A stretch of 64,000 nucleotides of DNA, taken from contig NC_090411.1 in assembly GCF_036365525.1 (NCBI RefSeq), positions 21,343,259 through 21,407,258 on the forward strand, given 5' to 3'. Origin of the DNA: Heterodontus francisci. Lineage: Eukaryota. Position 1 is the first letter of the stretch, and the number at the start of each line of letters is the position of its first letter. The notes under the pieces were generated by a model that saw only the letters and a list, made by a program, of their open reading frames with translations, did not search any database and was not told where the DNA came from. The position numbers and the translations under genes were made by a program. Below are positions 50,101-58,999 of this stretch, piece after piece.

Positions 50101-52405
50101 ATTTTACGAAATTGACTTTTTTTGTTTCTGTTTGAACGGTGCTGGTCAATCTGAAACCCCACTACCAGGGCACATTACAGACAGAGATAAATGACGGAGA
50201 TTTTATCATGGAGTTTAACAAAGCTATCTACTTATATCACCCATTGCTAGATCGCTATTCAGAATATGTTCCAATTCAAATGCTGGGACATTCTATAGCT
50301 ATAATGATGTAGAGCAAAGAATTGGGGAAACTGCTTCTGACTAGATTGTTGCTGTGTTATTCTAATACACATATATATCAAACATTTAAGGAATAAATAA
50401 ACAAAAAGTCTGAAATTCAGAAATAAGAGCAGAAAATGCTGAGAGATATGTAGAATAGGAGATCTGCCTGCCTCTATGGGTATTATATAGGATTTCTCTC
50501 TCAGATAGATGCTGAACTGTTACAGATCTCCAACCTTCTTTTTCCTGATTCTGTTGATTTATTTTAGGGTGGGGGGGGGGGGGGGGGGGAACGCTTTGAC
50601 CTTAAAATTGTCCTATGTAAATATTAACACAGGGATATTCATTACATTTCTGTGCAATTCCTTTGTTGTCTTAACTGGAGGTTCCAAGTTGTCGCTATTA
50701 AATAGGTGAAGGACCAGCAAGGCGTATTCTTACATGAGTTGAGAAATGGATATTGGCTCGGCTTCATTTCAAGGTAATGGGATCTGCGATTATTTTCCGA
50801 GTGACTGATCTCCCTGGTACCAAGTTATTTCTCACATTACAACAGTGACTACACTTCAATGGCTGTAAAGTGCTTTGGACCCTGAGGTCGAGAAAAAAAA
50901 TTGCTTTTCTATAGCGCCTTTCAGGACCTCGAAATCTATCAATCTGGGTTTTAATATGAACAATTAATCTCGCATCCATTGCCATTTGTGGAAGAGAGTT
51001 CCAAACTTCTATCACCCTTTGAGTGTAGAGGTGTTTCCTAATTTCATTCCTGAAAGGTCTGGCTCTAATTTTTAGACTATCCCCAGACTCCCCAACCAGT
51101 GAAAATAGTTTCTCTCTATCTACCCTGTTTGTTCTCCTTAATATCTTGAAAACTTCAATCACATCTCCCTGAACCTTCTAAATTCCATGGAATACAATCC
51201 TAGTTTGTATCTCTCTTCGTAATTTAACCCTTGGAGTCCAGGTATCATTCTAATAGATCTACTCCCTCCAAGGATATCCTTCCTAAGATGTGGTGCCCAG
51301 AACTGCTCACAGTAACTCCAGGTGTGATCTAACCAGGGCTTTGTGTAGATGTAGCAAGACTCCTACCCCCTTGTGTATGCGATATAAAGGCCAACATTCC
51401 ACTAGCCTTTTGATTATTTTCTGTACATGTTCCTGACATTTTAATGATCTGTTTACCTGAACCCCCCACCCCCCCGCCCTTCCCCACCAAGTCTCTTTGG
51501 GTCTCCACTGTTTCTAGCTTTTCAGCATTTAGAAACTCCCCTGTTCAGGTGGGAGAGAAGTTGGTTTCTTACCTGTAACTGTCAAGGCAGTTCCTGTCCC
51601 AAACTTCATCTCGCCCTGTTTTCTGACGGCGCAGTAATAGATTCCAGTGTCCCAAACACTGACATTTGCAATCCCGAGTTGAGAGCTGCGGGTGAAGGGG
51701 TCAAATGAGGGAGAAAAGCGAGGCCCGAAACTGTTAAAGTAGCTCACCCGGTTGCCCGAGGCATGATGATATAGCAGTGTAGTTGGTGCTTGTCCGGGAA
51801 GTTGTATAAACCAGTACAGGAGATCTGATCCGTCTTGTATTTCACATATCAGGGTCACCGCTTCTCCCGAATGTGCTATTGTCCATGATGTAGGAGCCAG
51901 GCTGGAATGATCTGTACCGGGAAAGACCGAGTCAAGGGGTTATTGCACCGTTCAGATAGTGCGGATCTGTAATCCGCCATACCGCTCCAGTTTTTGTCTT
52001 TTTTTTTGGTAAATCCACTCAGTCAACCCGTGTCACAACCATTCGTGATATTCACCAGTCTGTCCACTATAATGTTTCTAAAGCACTTCAGTCTCATCAA
52101 TTCTATCAAACATAATGCAGTAACATTATGCAATGTTGTTACAATTATAGAGAAGTGAATAGAGATAGAAAATCAATGGACAGAGTATCATAGATCCACA
52201 GATCTGGACAGGGATCCAGTGGATGTTCAGATTGGGATCCAATGAATGAATAAATAAATACATCGATATTTTCACAAATATATGGGTGCACTGGCTAGAA
52301 AATAAGATGAATCCAAACAGCTAAGCAATTAGATGGCCAGACCGGCAGACAGATAAAGTACTTACAATTCAGCCACATCAATAGGAGCCACGTCAACCTG
52401 TTCAT
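19715..52405 (-). CDS. Whole-gene model: non-rearranging VJ-C1-like IgSF type I membrane receptor with ITIM, join(52405-52366, 51911-51573, 31328-31077, 27847-27740, 26180-26116, 20119-19715)
   Basis: All introns are GT-AG with phases 1,1,1,1,0. Exon lengths 40+339+252+108+65+405 = 1209 nt, or 402 aa plus stop, with no internal stop. The domain order leader-V-C-TM-cytoplasmic is coherent. Confidence 0.82.
19870..20113. repeat. 18-bp coding minisatellite (consensus on + strand CCCGTGGCAACCCCTGCT), about 13 good copies plus degenerate copies
   Basis: Directly visible tandem array. The unit length is divisible by 3 and lacks stops in several frames. Confidence 0.95.
20395..20730 (-). mobile_element. 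Tx1/L1-clade LINE ORF2 3' fragment
   Basis: Minus-strand frames give ...[15 protein letters not shown]...EGLECIVD, resembling the C-terminus of Tx1-like ORF2. Confidence 0.6.
21470..21820 (+). mobile_element. HE1-like V-SINE nested in L2
   Basis: Nearly identical to 18934-19287. Confidence 0.92.
21870..23785 (-). mobile_element. CR1 LINE nested in L2
   Basis: ORFs 22138-22752, 22907-23131, 23140-23418 and 23345-23617 encode consecutive CR1 ORF2 segments ([40 protein letters not shown]). Confidence 0.96.
24325..24585 (+). mobile_element. Short CR1 3' end nested in L2
   Basis: [10 protein letters not shown]-type sequence, flanked by the direct repeat TCTAAGA (24318-24324 and 24586-24592). 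Confidence 0.75.
25390..25955 (+). mobile_element. LINE 3' fragment (CR1/L2 group)
   Basis: [20 protein letters not shown]...[10 protein letters not shown], an RT C-terminal region, followed by an A-rich tail. Confidence 0.85.
26116..26180 (-). CDS. IgSF receptor exon 5: membrane-proximal cytoplasmic exon
   Basis: Acceptor GATATTTTCACAG, donor GTAAGTAC, 65 nt, phase 1 to 0. Reads (V)[21 protein letters not shown] and supplies exactly the phase change needed to reach the last exon. Confidence 0.75.
26640..26820. repeat. Degenerate tandem repeat with TTACAATTGGTTTC core (about 7 copies)
   Basis: Directly visible repeated core with variable spacers. Confidence 0.7.
26876..27671. mobile_element. 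PIF/Harbinger-type MITE
   Basis: Ends GGGCTGAAT... / ...ATCCAGCCC with a 3-bp target-site duplication AAT on both sides. It lies about 70 bp downstream of the TM-exon donor. Confidence 0.75.
27740..27847 (-). CDS. IgSF receptor exon 4: transmembrane segment
   Basis: Acceptor TTTCTTCTTTTGCAG, 108 nt, phase 1-1. Reads [35 protein letters not shown]: about 21 uncharged hydrophobic residues followed by CC and basic stop-transfer residues. Donor AAG|GTACCC is weak. Confidence 0.85.
28100..28495 (-). mobile_element. Deu-domain SINE (SacSINE1-like), near full length
   Basis: Same motifs as 403-650, plus head region. Confidence 0.8.
30427..30527. repeat. 31-bp tandem repeat, about 3.25 copies, within a GC-rich MITE-like element (about 30130-30640)
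   Basis: TTAATTGGACAGCA(A/G)GCCCGGCCTCTGGCCA repeated three times. Confidence 0.9.
31077..31328 (-). CDS. IgSF receptor exon 3: divergent constant (C1-like) Ig domain
   Basis: Acceptor TTATTTTATTTTTCAG, donor GTAAGT, 252 nt, phase 1-1, open in the required frame: [84 protein letters not shown]. Cys16, Trp30 and Cys69 show C-domain-like spacing. Confidence 0.75.
31535..32084. mobile_element. GC-rich Harbinger-type MITE
   Basis: Right end AAAATTCCGGCCC resembles the GGGC-type TIRs of other elements here. Internal CCAATTAAGG motifs are shared with the 30130-30640 element. Confidence 0.5.
32085..34290 (+). mobile_element. CR1 LINE, about 2.2 kb of decayed ORF2
   Basis: [13 protein letters not shown] (end of endonuclease), [23 protein letters not shown] and [13 protein letters not shown], with many stops and frameshifts. 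Confidence 0.95.
34520..35190 (-). mobile_element. Old RTE-clade LINE 3' fragment
   Basis: Minus-strand frames give [14 protein letters not shown] and [11 protein letters not shown]...[17 protein letters not shown], typical of the RTE ORF2 C-terminus, heavily disrupted. Confidence 0.65.
36420..36850 (+). mobile_element. Harbinger (HARBI1-like) transposase C-terminal remnant
   Basis: [31 protein letters not shown] and [12 protein letters not shown], followed by an acidic E-run. Confidence 0.8.
37440..37745 (-). mobile_element. Harbinger Myb/SANT-like DNA-binding ORF remnant
   Basis: [12 protein letters not shown]...CRTKFNDLT, convergent with the transposase remnant. Confidence 0.75.
37980..38880 (+). 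mobile_element. CR1 LINE ORF1 end and endonuclease start, decayed
   Basis: [17 protein letters not shown] (esterase-like ORF1 region) and [12 protein letters not shown]-type endonuclease start. Confidence 0.8.
38883..41300 (+). mobile_element. Decayed Harbinger element with nested SINE and LINE fragments
   Basis: Begins GGGGCCGGATTT. Transposase remnants [19 protein letters not shown] at about 39870-39940. The right boundary is uncertain. Confidence 0.65.
40487..40805 (-). mobile_element. HE1-like V-SINE
   Basis: Reverse-complement copy of 18934-19287. Confidence 0.9.
41400..42270 (-). mobile_element. Harbinger (HARBI1-like) transposase remnant
   Basis: LRKLRVSRQ...[35 protein letters not shown] and [14 protein letters not shown]. 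Confidence 0.85.
43040..45000 (+). mobile_element. CR1 LINE interrupted by a solo LTR
   Basis: ...[14 protein letters not shown] stops at 43567, and the CR1 sequence resumes at 44405 ([11 protein letters not shown]...). Confidence 0.9.
43568..44404 (+). mobile_element. Solo LTR (837 bp) of an LTR retrotransposon or endogenous retrovirus
   Basis: TG...CA ends with inverted termini TGTCACG / CGTAACA, perfect 4-bp target-site duplication GTAG (43564-43567 and 44405-44408), internal AATAAA at 44210-44215. Confidence 0.9.
45995..46415 (+). mobile_element. CR1 LINE 3' end
   Basis: [25 protein letters not shown]...TRGHKY. Confidence 0.88.
47920..48267 (+). mobile_element. CR1 LINE 3' end
   Basis: [14 protein letters not shown]...FKRELD and an ATTCTATGATTCT tail. 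Confidence 0.85.
48972..49846. mobile_element. MITE with perfect 11-bp TIRs, containing a nested Penelope-derived fragment (about 49273-49372)
   Basis: GGGCCAGATTT ... AAATCTGGCCC. Confidence 0.7.
50930..51535 (-). mobile_element. CR1 LINE 3' fragment abutting the V-J exon donor
   Basis: IEVFKILR...REKLF...[11 protein letters not shown]. Confidence 0.88.
51573..51911 (-). CDS. IgSF receptor exon 2: germline-joined V-J (V-set) domain
   Basis: Acceptor TACAG, donor GTAAGA, 339 nt, phase 1-1. Contains B-strand Cys (VTLIC), [19 protein letters not shown] (70 residues between the two Cys) and a J-type G strand [10 protein letters not shown], all in one exon. Confidence 0.95.
52366..52405 (-). 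CDS. IgSF receptor exon 1: signal peptide
   Basis: Strong Kozak GCCAACATG. Reads [13 protein letters not shown] plus 1 nt, then donor GTAAGT. This is a phase-1 split leader typical of Ig/TCR-like genes. Confidence 0.88.
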
Positions 52406-52439
52406 GTTGGCCTATCTCTGAAATGCTTCGCCTGCAGAC

Positions 52440-52900
52440 ACATCTCCGTTGACCAGTCAGCCCGACGAGTTTGTGGTTTTGCTCAGGTTCCGCACCGCAA
52501 CGACCTCTCCCAACACTGCCGCTATATCATCGCACGATATGCCTGATTCCGCTCATATTGATTGAACTCAGTCACCTAGTGACTGGCGCTGTGGCTTCTA
52601 GATTGAATTGAGATTGTGAAATCTGGCTGGTGGACTGAGATCCGTCCGGCTCGGGGTGTTATAATCGGTCCGCTTGCGAAATTTCAAGATTTAAAAAAAG
52701 TTTTTAGATGGGACGGAAAGTGGTGAAATGACTACGAATGTAACCCAGATCTAGCTTCCGGTCGAGGCACACACAGGCGAGAGTCTGTAGTGGAAATACC
52801 AAGACATTTACTATACTTAAGAGAATAATTAGTTTATGCAGATCCAGGTCCCGCTGCTTGTCCATCTCTACTGAGCTGCTTTCAATGTCACAGGAAATCC
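52440..52900 (-). promoter_or_regulatory. Putative promoter of the IgSF receptor gene
   Basis: Locally CpG-rich unique sequence immediately 5' of the ATG. RUNX-type sites TGTGGTT (52472-52478) and ACCGCA (52494-52499); ETS-type CTTCCGG (52755-52761). Confidence 0.5.
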
Positions 52901-53426
52901 CAGGAGGTGCTGACTTGTGAATACCTGCCTCTTATAAACTCGTAGCCAAGTCTTTCTTTCCAACTTGCAACTGTCTTGACTCAGCGCCACTCAACTCAAC
53001 CGTCTTTCATTGATTCCCTTCTGATATTTTGCAAACTGGCTCCCCGCACCCTGCCATCCTCACTCACCCCTACATTATCACAGTGACTATACTTCAGAAA
53101 TATGTCATTGGCTGAGCAGGGCTTTGGGACGATACATGTACTGAATTGCAGATTCTGGGGTGGGGGGGAGGGGTTTCAGGGCTATGGGGAAATGGGGAAA
53201 GAGCAGGGGTAATAGGATTAATCCTTTAGTCAAAGGGTTGGGAATCTTTGGAATTCTCTGCCCAGAGGGCTGTGGGTGTTCAGTGTATTCAATGCTGCGA
53301 CTGATAGATTTTTCAACTATTAAAGGAATCAAGAGATATGGCTATTGGATAAGAAAGTGGAATTGAGGTAACAGATCATATTGAATGGTAGAGCAGGCTG
53401 GAGGGGCCACATGGCCTACCTTTGCT

Positions 53427-54027
53427 ATAATAAAAACAAGAAATGCTGGATTCACTCAGCAGGTCTGGCAGCATCTGTGGAAAGAGAAGCAGAGTTAACG
53501 TTTCGGGTCAGTGACCCTTCTTCGGGAACTGACAAATATAAGAAAAGTCACAGATTATAAACAAGTGAGGTGGGGGTGGGGCAAGAGATAATAAAGGAGA
53601 AGGTGTAGATTGGACCAGGCCACATAGCTGACCAAAAGGTCACGGAGCAAAGGCAAACAATATGTTAATGGTGTGTTGAAAGACAAAGCATTAGTACAGA
53701 TTAGGTGGAAATACACTGAATATTGAACAGCAGCAAGTGCAAACCTGAAAAAAACAGTGGGTAAGCAAACTGAACAAACTAAGATGAAATGAAATAAATG
53801 CAAAAAAAGATTGTAAAAAATGTAAAAAGGAATGTAAAAAAAAAGGAAGAAAAAATAACTAAAAATGAAAGTAAAATGGGGGGCTGTCATGCTCTGAAAT
53901 TATTGAACTCAATGTTCAGTCCGGCAGGCTGTAGTGTGCCTAATCGGTAGATGAGATGCTGTTCCTTGAGCTTGCGTTGATGTTCACTGGAACACTGCAG
54001 CAATCCCAGGACAGAGCATGAGAGCAG
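53427..54027 (-). mobile_element. Penelope-like element 3' fragment (GIY-YIG end plus pseudo-LTR) inserted in a CR1 tail
   Basis: Minus strand encodes [39 protein letters not shown]. Flanked by a 14-bp target-site duplication GGCCTACCTTTGCT (53413-53426 and 54028-54041). Confidence 0.88.
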
Positions 54028-54569
54028 GGCCTACCTTTGCTCCTATTTCTTATGTTCCCATGTTAATTAGTGGGTTTTGCAGAGAACCAGCACAATGGGC
54101 TGAATGGTCTCTTTCTGTTCTCTATCAGTCTCTGATTCTATACTGCAACGATACTTAATTTAGCTCAAATATTCTGTCTGAATAAATACTTAAAATCAGG
54201 ATTTTCATTGTAAACCCTCCTCCAAAGTTGAAGAATGGTACAGTCTTTTGGAAATTGCCATTTTATAAGAAACATTTTGTTTCCTCGATTGTTTTAAAGT
54301 TCTGAGATAAACATAAATAATAAAAAAAAGTATAAGCATTTCAACCCAATCTGATTCCTTCCCAATTTGAATCCTTCCTACTCTGCGTCCTTCCCCGTTC
54401 ATCATTTCTATTCTCAGTTATATCTGGGTTTGGTTCTCTTACTATATTTGCTAACCTTAGTTGTGGTAGATCGAGTATCACATAACATACAAACTTTACT
54501 TTCAAAATTAAAGCAGAGAAATTGAAAAGCTCATGCTCTACCTCACTTATGAAAAGAAAAACAAAGTAA

Positions 54570-55150
54570 GGCTTGCATTTATATAGCGCCTTTCACAAAC
54601 TCAGGACGTCCCAAAGCATTTTAGAATCAGGTACTTTGAAGTGTGGTCACTGTTGTAGTTTTAAAGAAAGACTTATTTTTATATAGTGATTATATGTATT
54701 ATATTTTATTTCTTTTTATATAGTGCCTTTCATGACCTAAGGTTGACCCAAAACTCTTTAAAGTCAATTACGTACTTTTGAATATCGTCACTGTTGTAAT
54801 GTAGTAAAAACGGCAGCGAATTTGCCACAAAGTTCCACAAACAGCAATAAGGTAACTCAGCTAATCTGGGCTTTATTTGGTGATGTTAATTCAGGGATAA
54901 ATATTGGTCAGGACATCAGGGAGAACTCCCCTGATCTTATTTGAAAATAGCATGGATCTTTTACATCCTCCTGAGAGGGCAGATGGCGCCTTGGTTGAAC
55001 GTTTTGTCCAAAAGACTGACAGTGCAGGGCTCCCTCCATACTGCACTGAACTGTCAGTCTGGATTACGTGCTTAAGTCTTCGGAAGTGGGATTTTAGCCC
55101 ATAACCTTCTGGCTCAGAGACGAGAGTGTGACCTAACAAGCTACGACTGA
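54570..55150 (-). mobile_element. Deu-domain SINE copies (SacSINE1-like)
   Basis: Same family motifs, with a duplicated 3' tail. Confidence 0.8.
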
Positions 55151-55506
55151 CACTATAGTTTTATGCAAAAAAGAATAAATTCTGTTTACTTTTACTGCAT
55201 GTAAAAATGTTTTTTCTCAGAGTTTTCATCCTTCCACAATAATCTCCCACCAGTAATCTCTAGGCTACAGAGGTGTTGACGGTACAACTATCTATCTCTC
55301 ATCTACCATCTATCTATCTACCTGTCATCTATCCTGCTATCATCTACTTAGCCGAGTCTCTGCAACCAGATTTCAGAATTGATCACTTTTATCCCCGCTC
55401 TGATGAATTCTGCCCCCCTTCCAAGCCCAATATAACCTTCCTGAGGTGCAATGCCCCCCCAGTACTGATCGCAATTCTCAAAATGGGGTCTAGCCATAGC
55501 TTTGTA

Positions 55507-58500
55507 GGGCTGAATATTACCGACCCCTCAATGTCACGGGTCGTGGCACAGAGGCTGGTAAAATTCTGTGGGGAGAGGCCTGCCTCAACCCGTGATGTCG
55601 AGAAGGGCCCCCCGCATATTACCAGCGGTGGGAGACCTCGGTGCGGCCCACCCCCGTCGCTCGGCAGCGGCAGCCCAATTAACATATTCTAAATGCTACT
55701 TACCTCTGCAGATTGTGCAGCTCGCCACCTCTCCTGCACACATCCGGATTTTACTTTGAACGGGCAGCCGTCACGTTCACGAACAGAAAAGCGGGTCATC
55801 GGAGGCAGAAGGTTTTGCGACAGAAGGCAAGTTCCATTTTCAGGGGTTCCACTCTGCATACTGGAAGGGAGGAGGAGGGGGGGTACTCTGGGGTCTACTG
55901 GAGGGAAAGCTCTGCAAGCAGGGAGATACTGTGTACCCTCCCTCCGTAAACAGTGTATGTTCTGTGTTTGTTTGTGTTTGAGGGAGCAATGGCACTCTAG
56001 TCACCGTGTGTGTGGGGAGGGTGGCAGAAAGGGTAGGAGCATTATGATTATATGGATGGTAATGGCAATCGATTCAGCTGGCAGGATCTTGGTATGGTCA
56101 TGCTGTGCCACTCTGAGTGATGGCCAAGATGGTCAATGCCATGGCACGCCACACTGTTGATCCAGGAAAGCAGCTGATGTACCCATCAACACCAATCCAT
56201 GCCCTGTTATGAACCTTCGAATACATGAAGGGTTCAACTTTATTATTCACATGGAAATAGGTATGGCTCATCCTACATTGTGTGATCCTCTGCTCGTGGG
56301 GATCCGTATGCACCAGAGGCAATATCAACAGGCAGGTGCGATCCACGTAGAGGCCCCGGTCATGAGCAGCAGCCCCAAAAGCAGAGCTCGCCATTACGTT
56401 TGCCGTGCATCTACAGGCCCCACATGACATACCATCAGATGTCAGAGCACCAGTGTAAGAGGCGATTGTGCATGTAGAGAGGGTGGTGACATGTCTCTGT
56501 GCCCTGCTCAAAGATGACCTGTAGCCCATGGGCTTTGCTGGACATCCTATGCCTTTGGTCCTCATTGTGGCAGCAAGTTTGACACCTACGCAGCTTTTCA
56601 GGGGCCCACCAGAGACCTTTGTGGGGTCACAGAGTCAGCAGTGCACCTCTGCATCAGGGAGGTCACCAATGCCCTGCACCGGAGGACCAGTGAGGATGTC
56701 CACTTCAGGACGGACTCTCACAGCCAGGCCCAGAGGGTCATCGGCTTCGGCACCATTGCCGGAGAACCGTAGGTTATAATGTTCATAGACTGCACTCATG
56801 TGGCCATCAGGCCTCCCGCCAGGCTACCACCTGCAGACGTCACCAGTAAAGGAGCCCTCTCAATCTAGGTGAAGCGGGTATGTGATCACCGCAGATGCTT
56901 CATGCAAATCTGTGACCGCTTCTGAGGCGGCTACCATGACACCTGGGTCTCGCGCCAGTCCCAGCTGCTACCGGTGTTCACTGAACTGGCTCAGATGGAG
57001 GGGTGGCTTCTTGGAGATAAGGGCTATCCTTTGCAGACATGGCTCCCAACACCAATGAGAGATACAACACCAGCCACTGAGCTACATGAGCCACCATTGA
57101 GCAGGAGATCGGCATGCTGAAAGAACACCTCCAATGCCTGGACAGATAGGGTGATGCCCTGCACTATGGGCCGAAAAGGCCAGCTCTTTTCTTTGCTGCT
57201 CTGCACAACTACGCATCCAATAGGGGCCAGGCCTGGCATGATGAGGAGAGACAGGATTCCTCCTCTGACTATGAGGATGCTGAGGACCTACAACATGAAA
57301 GACACATGGGAGGGCAAATGGCACCCAGGCTCTGCACACAGGGCTAGCAGTGAGCTAGGAATGTACGTCAGTGGCAGACAAAGGCTGTCTGCACCATAGG
57401 AACCGACATGAGCTCTGCAAGCCACACATCACCCTCGCTCACCTGCTGTGCACCAGTCCACATCTGCAACATCCCTGTGTAAACCATTAGAGGCAGCAGC
57501 TGACTGAGTCAATGTCCATGTCACTGCATCCGTGGAGACGCTCATGTGTAATGGTGGCATGGCAATGATGTTATTGCACACGTTGGCTCTCCTGAAGGGC
57601 CAACGGTGCCAAGGAATGTGACATTGGTGCTACATGCTGGCACACATCATTCACACAGAGTAAAGGACACACATGTTGGTGAGCAACATTTAATAAAAGA
57701 CGTATTTACATTGCTGTGACACCCATGCATTCCCATTTGTGTCAATGTGTTCTCTGTAAATGGAGAGGTTGCCCTTCTTGGTGCAACCTCTACACTAGCA
57801 GCCTGACTGGAGGAAGGCTGCTGATCTGATTGCCCTTTGGCTTCTCTTCTTACCATTGCTGGTAAAAAGGACCTCCCACCTTGCCCACACAGCCGGGAGG
57901 AGAGTGAGCAGGGAGGCATTGCTGAACTGTGGGGTCACCCTCTGCCATCCTCGGCCTTTGGTGTGGTCCTTTAAATGCAACGGTGACTCCACCGTATAAC
58001 TGCTGTAACTGCTGGCTGCAAGGTTTGTCTTGCACATGTTTGAAAACCAATGCAGGACTGGTGAGGAAATCTGTGCTGTTGTCGTGGTTTTTCAGCTATT
58101 ACACATCAACACATGTTCACAAACACTTTGCTTCTGCAGCACCTGATCATATTTATTGGTGTAGTATTTCTAGTTGGCAATGCAGCTAGAATATGAACAT
58201 ATGTTCCTGTTTTTTCTAACAAAGATCATTTAATTGCAGTTACATGTATTTTCACATAACAGTTAGCAGAGAAACAAATACAGATTCCAAATGCATATTA
58301 GTTTGCAGCTTTTCACTGTCAGATGATTAGATGCTCAAAGTAGGTAATTATTCATCAATAATGGTTTAATTTCTGTTGTGTATTTGCCTTTTATGGTACA
58401 TTTAAGTCTCACATCCTGGAATGTGCAATTGTACGATTATTCACCCAGCTGCGGTATGTTTGAGTGGAAGAAGAGGATCACAACTTCACAGGACACTGGG

Positions 58501-58979
58501 ACACAGCAGGGTAAGTATGTGGCAGCAAAGCAGAAAGTGCTGGGGTAACTCAGCAGGTCAGGCAGCATCTGTGGAGAGAGAAGCAGAGTTAACTTTCAGG
58601 TCTGTGAACTTGGTCAAGTTAACTCTGCTTCTCTCTACACAGATGTTGCCTGACCTGCTGGGTTTCTGCAGCACTTTCTGCTTTGATGCCAGATTGACAG
58701 CAGCCCTACTCTTCAGCAGTCAGGTAAGTATTTCTTCAACAGCTGTCAGGAAGCAGGTGCTGGGGTCCTTTACATAGGGCCCCTGTACCTGCTGCACAGC
58801 TGTCAAAATGTCTCTCATTGCGCCGAATGTCCCCCATGTAATATGGCGGGGGCGGCTCGATGCAGTGACGTTAATGAGTCCCCGCGCGAAATATCACGGG
58901 GGCTCTGCAGCAGCCGCTAAATACAGGCATGCTGTTGAGTTTCCGTCATGCCTATCAGCGCCCAAATAAAATTCAGCCC
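55507..58979 (+). mobile_element. Near full-length decayed PIF/Harbinger DNA transposon (about 3.5 kb)
   Basis: TIRs GGGCTGAATATTA / TAAAATTCAGCCC (12/13 match), flanks GTA and ATA. Plus-strand transposase remnants (IDCTHVAIR, WLLGDKGYPLQTWLPTP) and a convergent Myb/SANT remnant (PQFSNASLLTLLPAVWARWEVLF, about 57800-57950). Confidence 0.85.
58527..58684. repeat. Long inverted repeat (hairpin) made of Penelope pseudo-LTR-like sequence
   Basis: Arms of about 69 bp (AAAGCAGAAAGTGCTG...GCAGAGTTAACTT) that are near-perfectly complementary. Confidence 0.88.
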
Positions 58980-58999
58980 ATAGAATTTTTGTAGCGTAA

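Noticed and set aside
51573-52405. Interpretation as a rearranging TCR/Ig locus segment or as CD8
   Set aside because: No RSS and no V or J arrays. The downstream exons encode a second Cys/Trp domain, an uncharged TM and a long ITIM tail, not a CD8 hinge with an Lck-binding motif or a TCR TM with charged residues.
55507-58979. Possible domesticated HARBI1/NAIF1-like gene pair
   Set aside because: Multiple stops and frameshifts with retained TIRs indicate a dead transposon.
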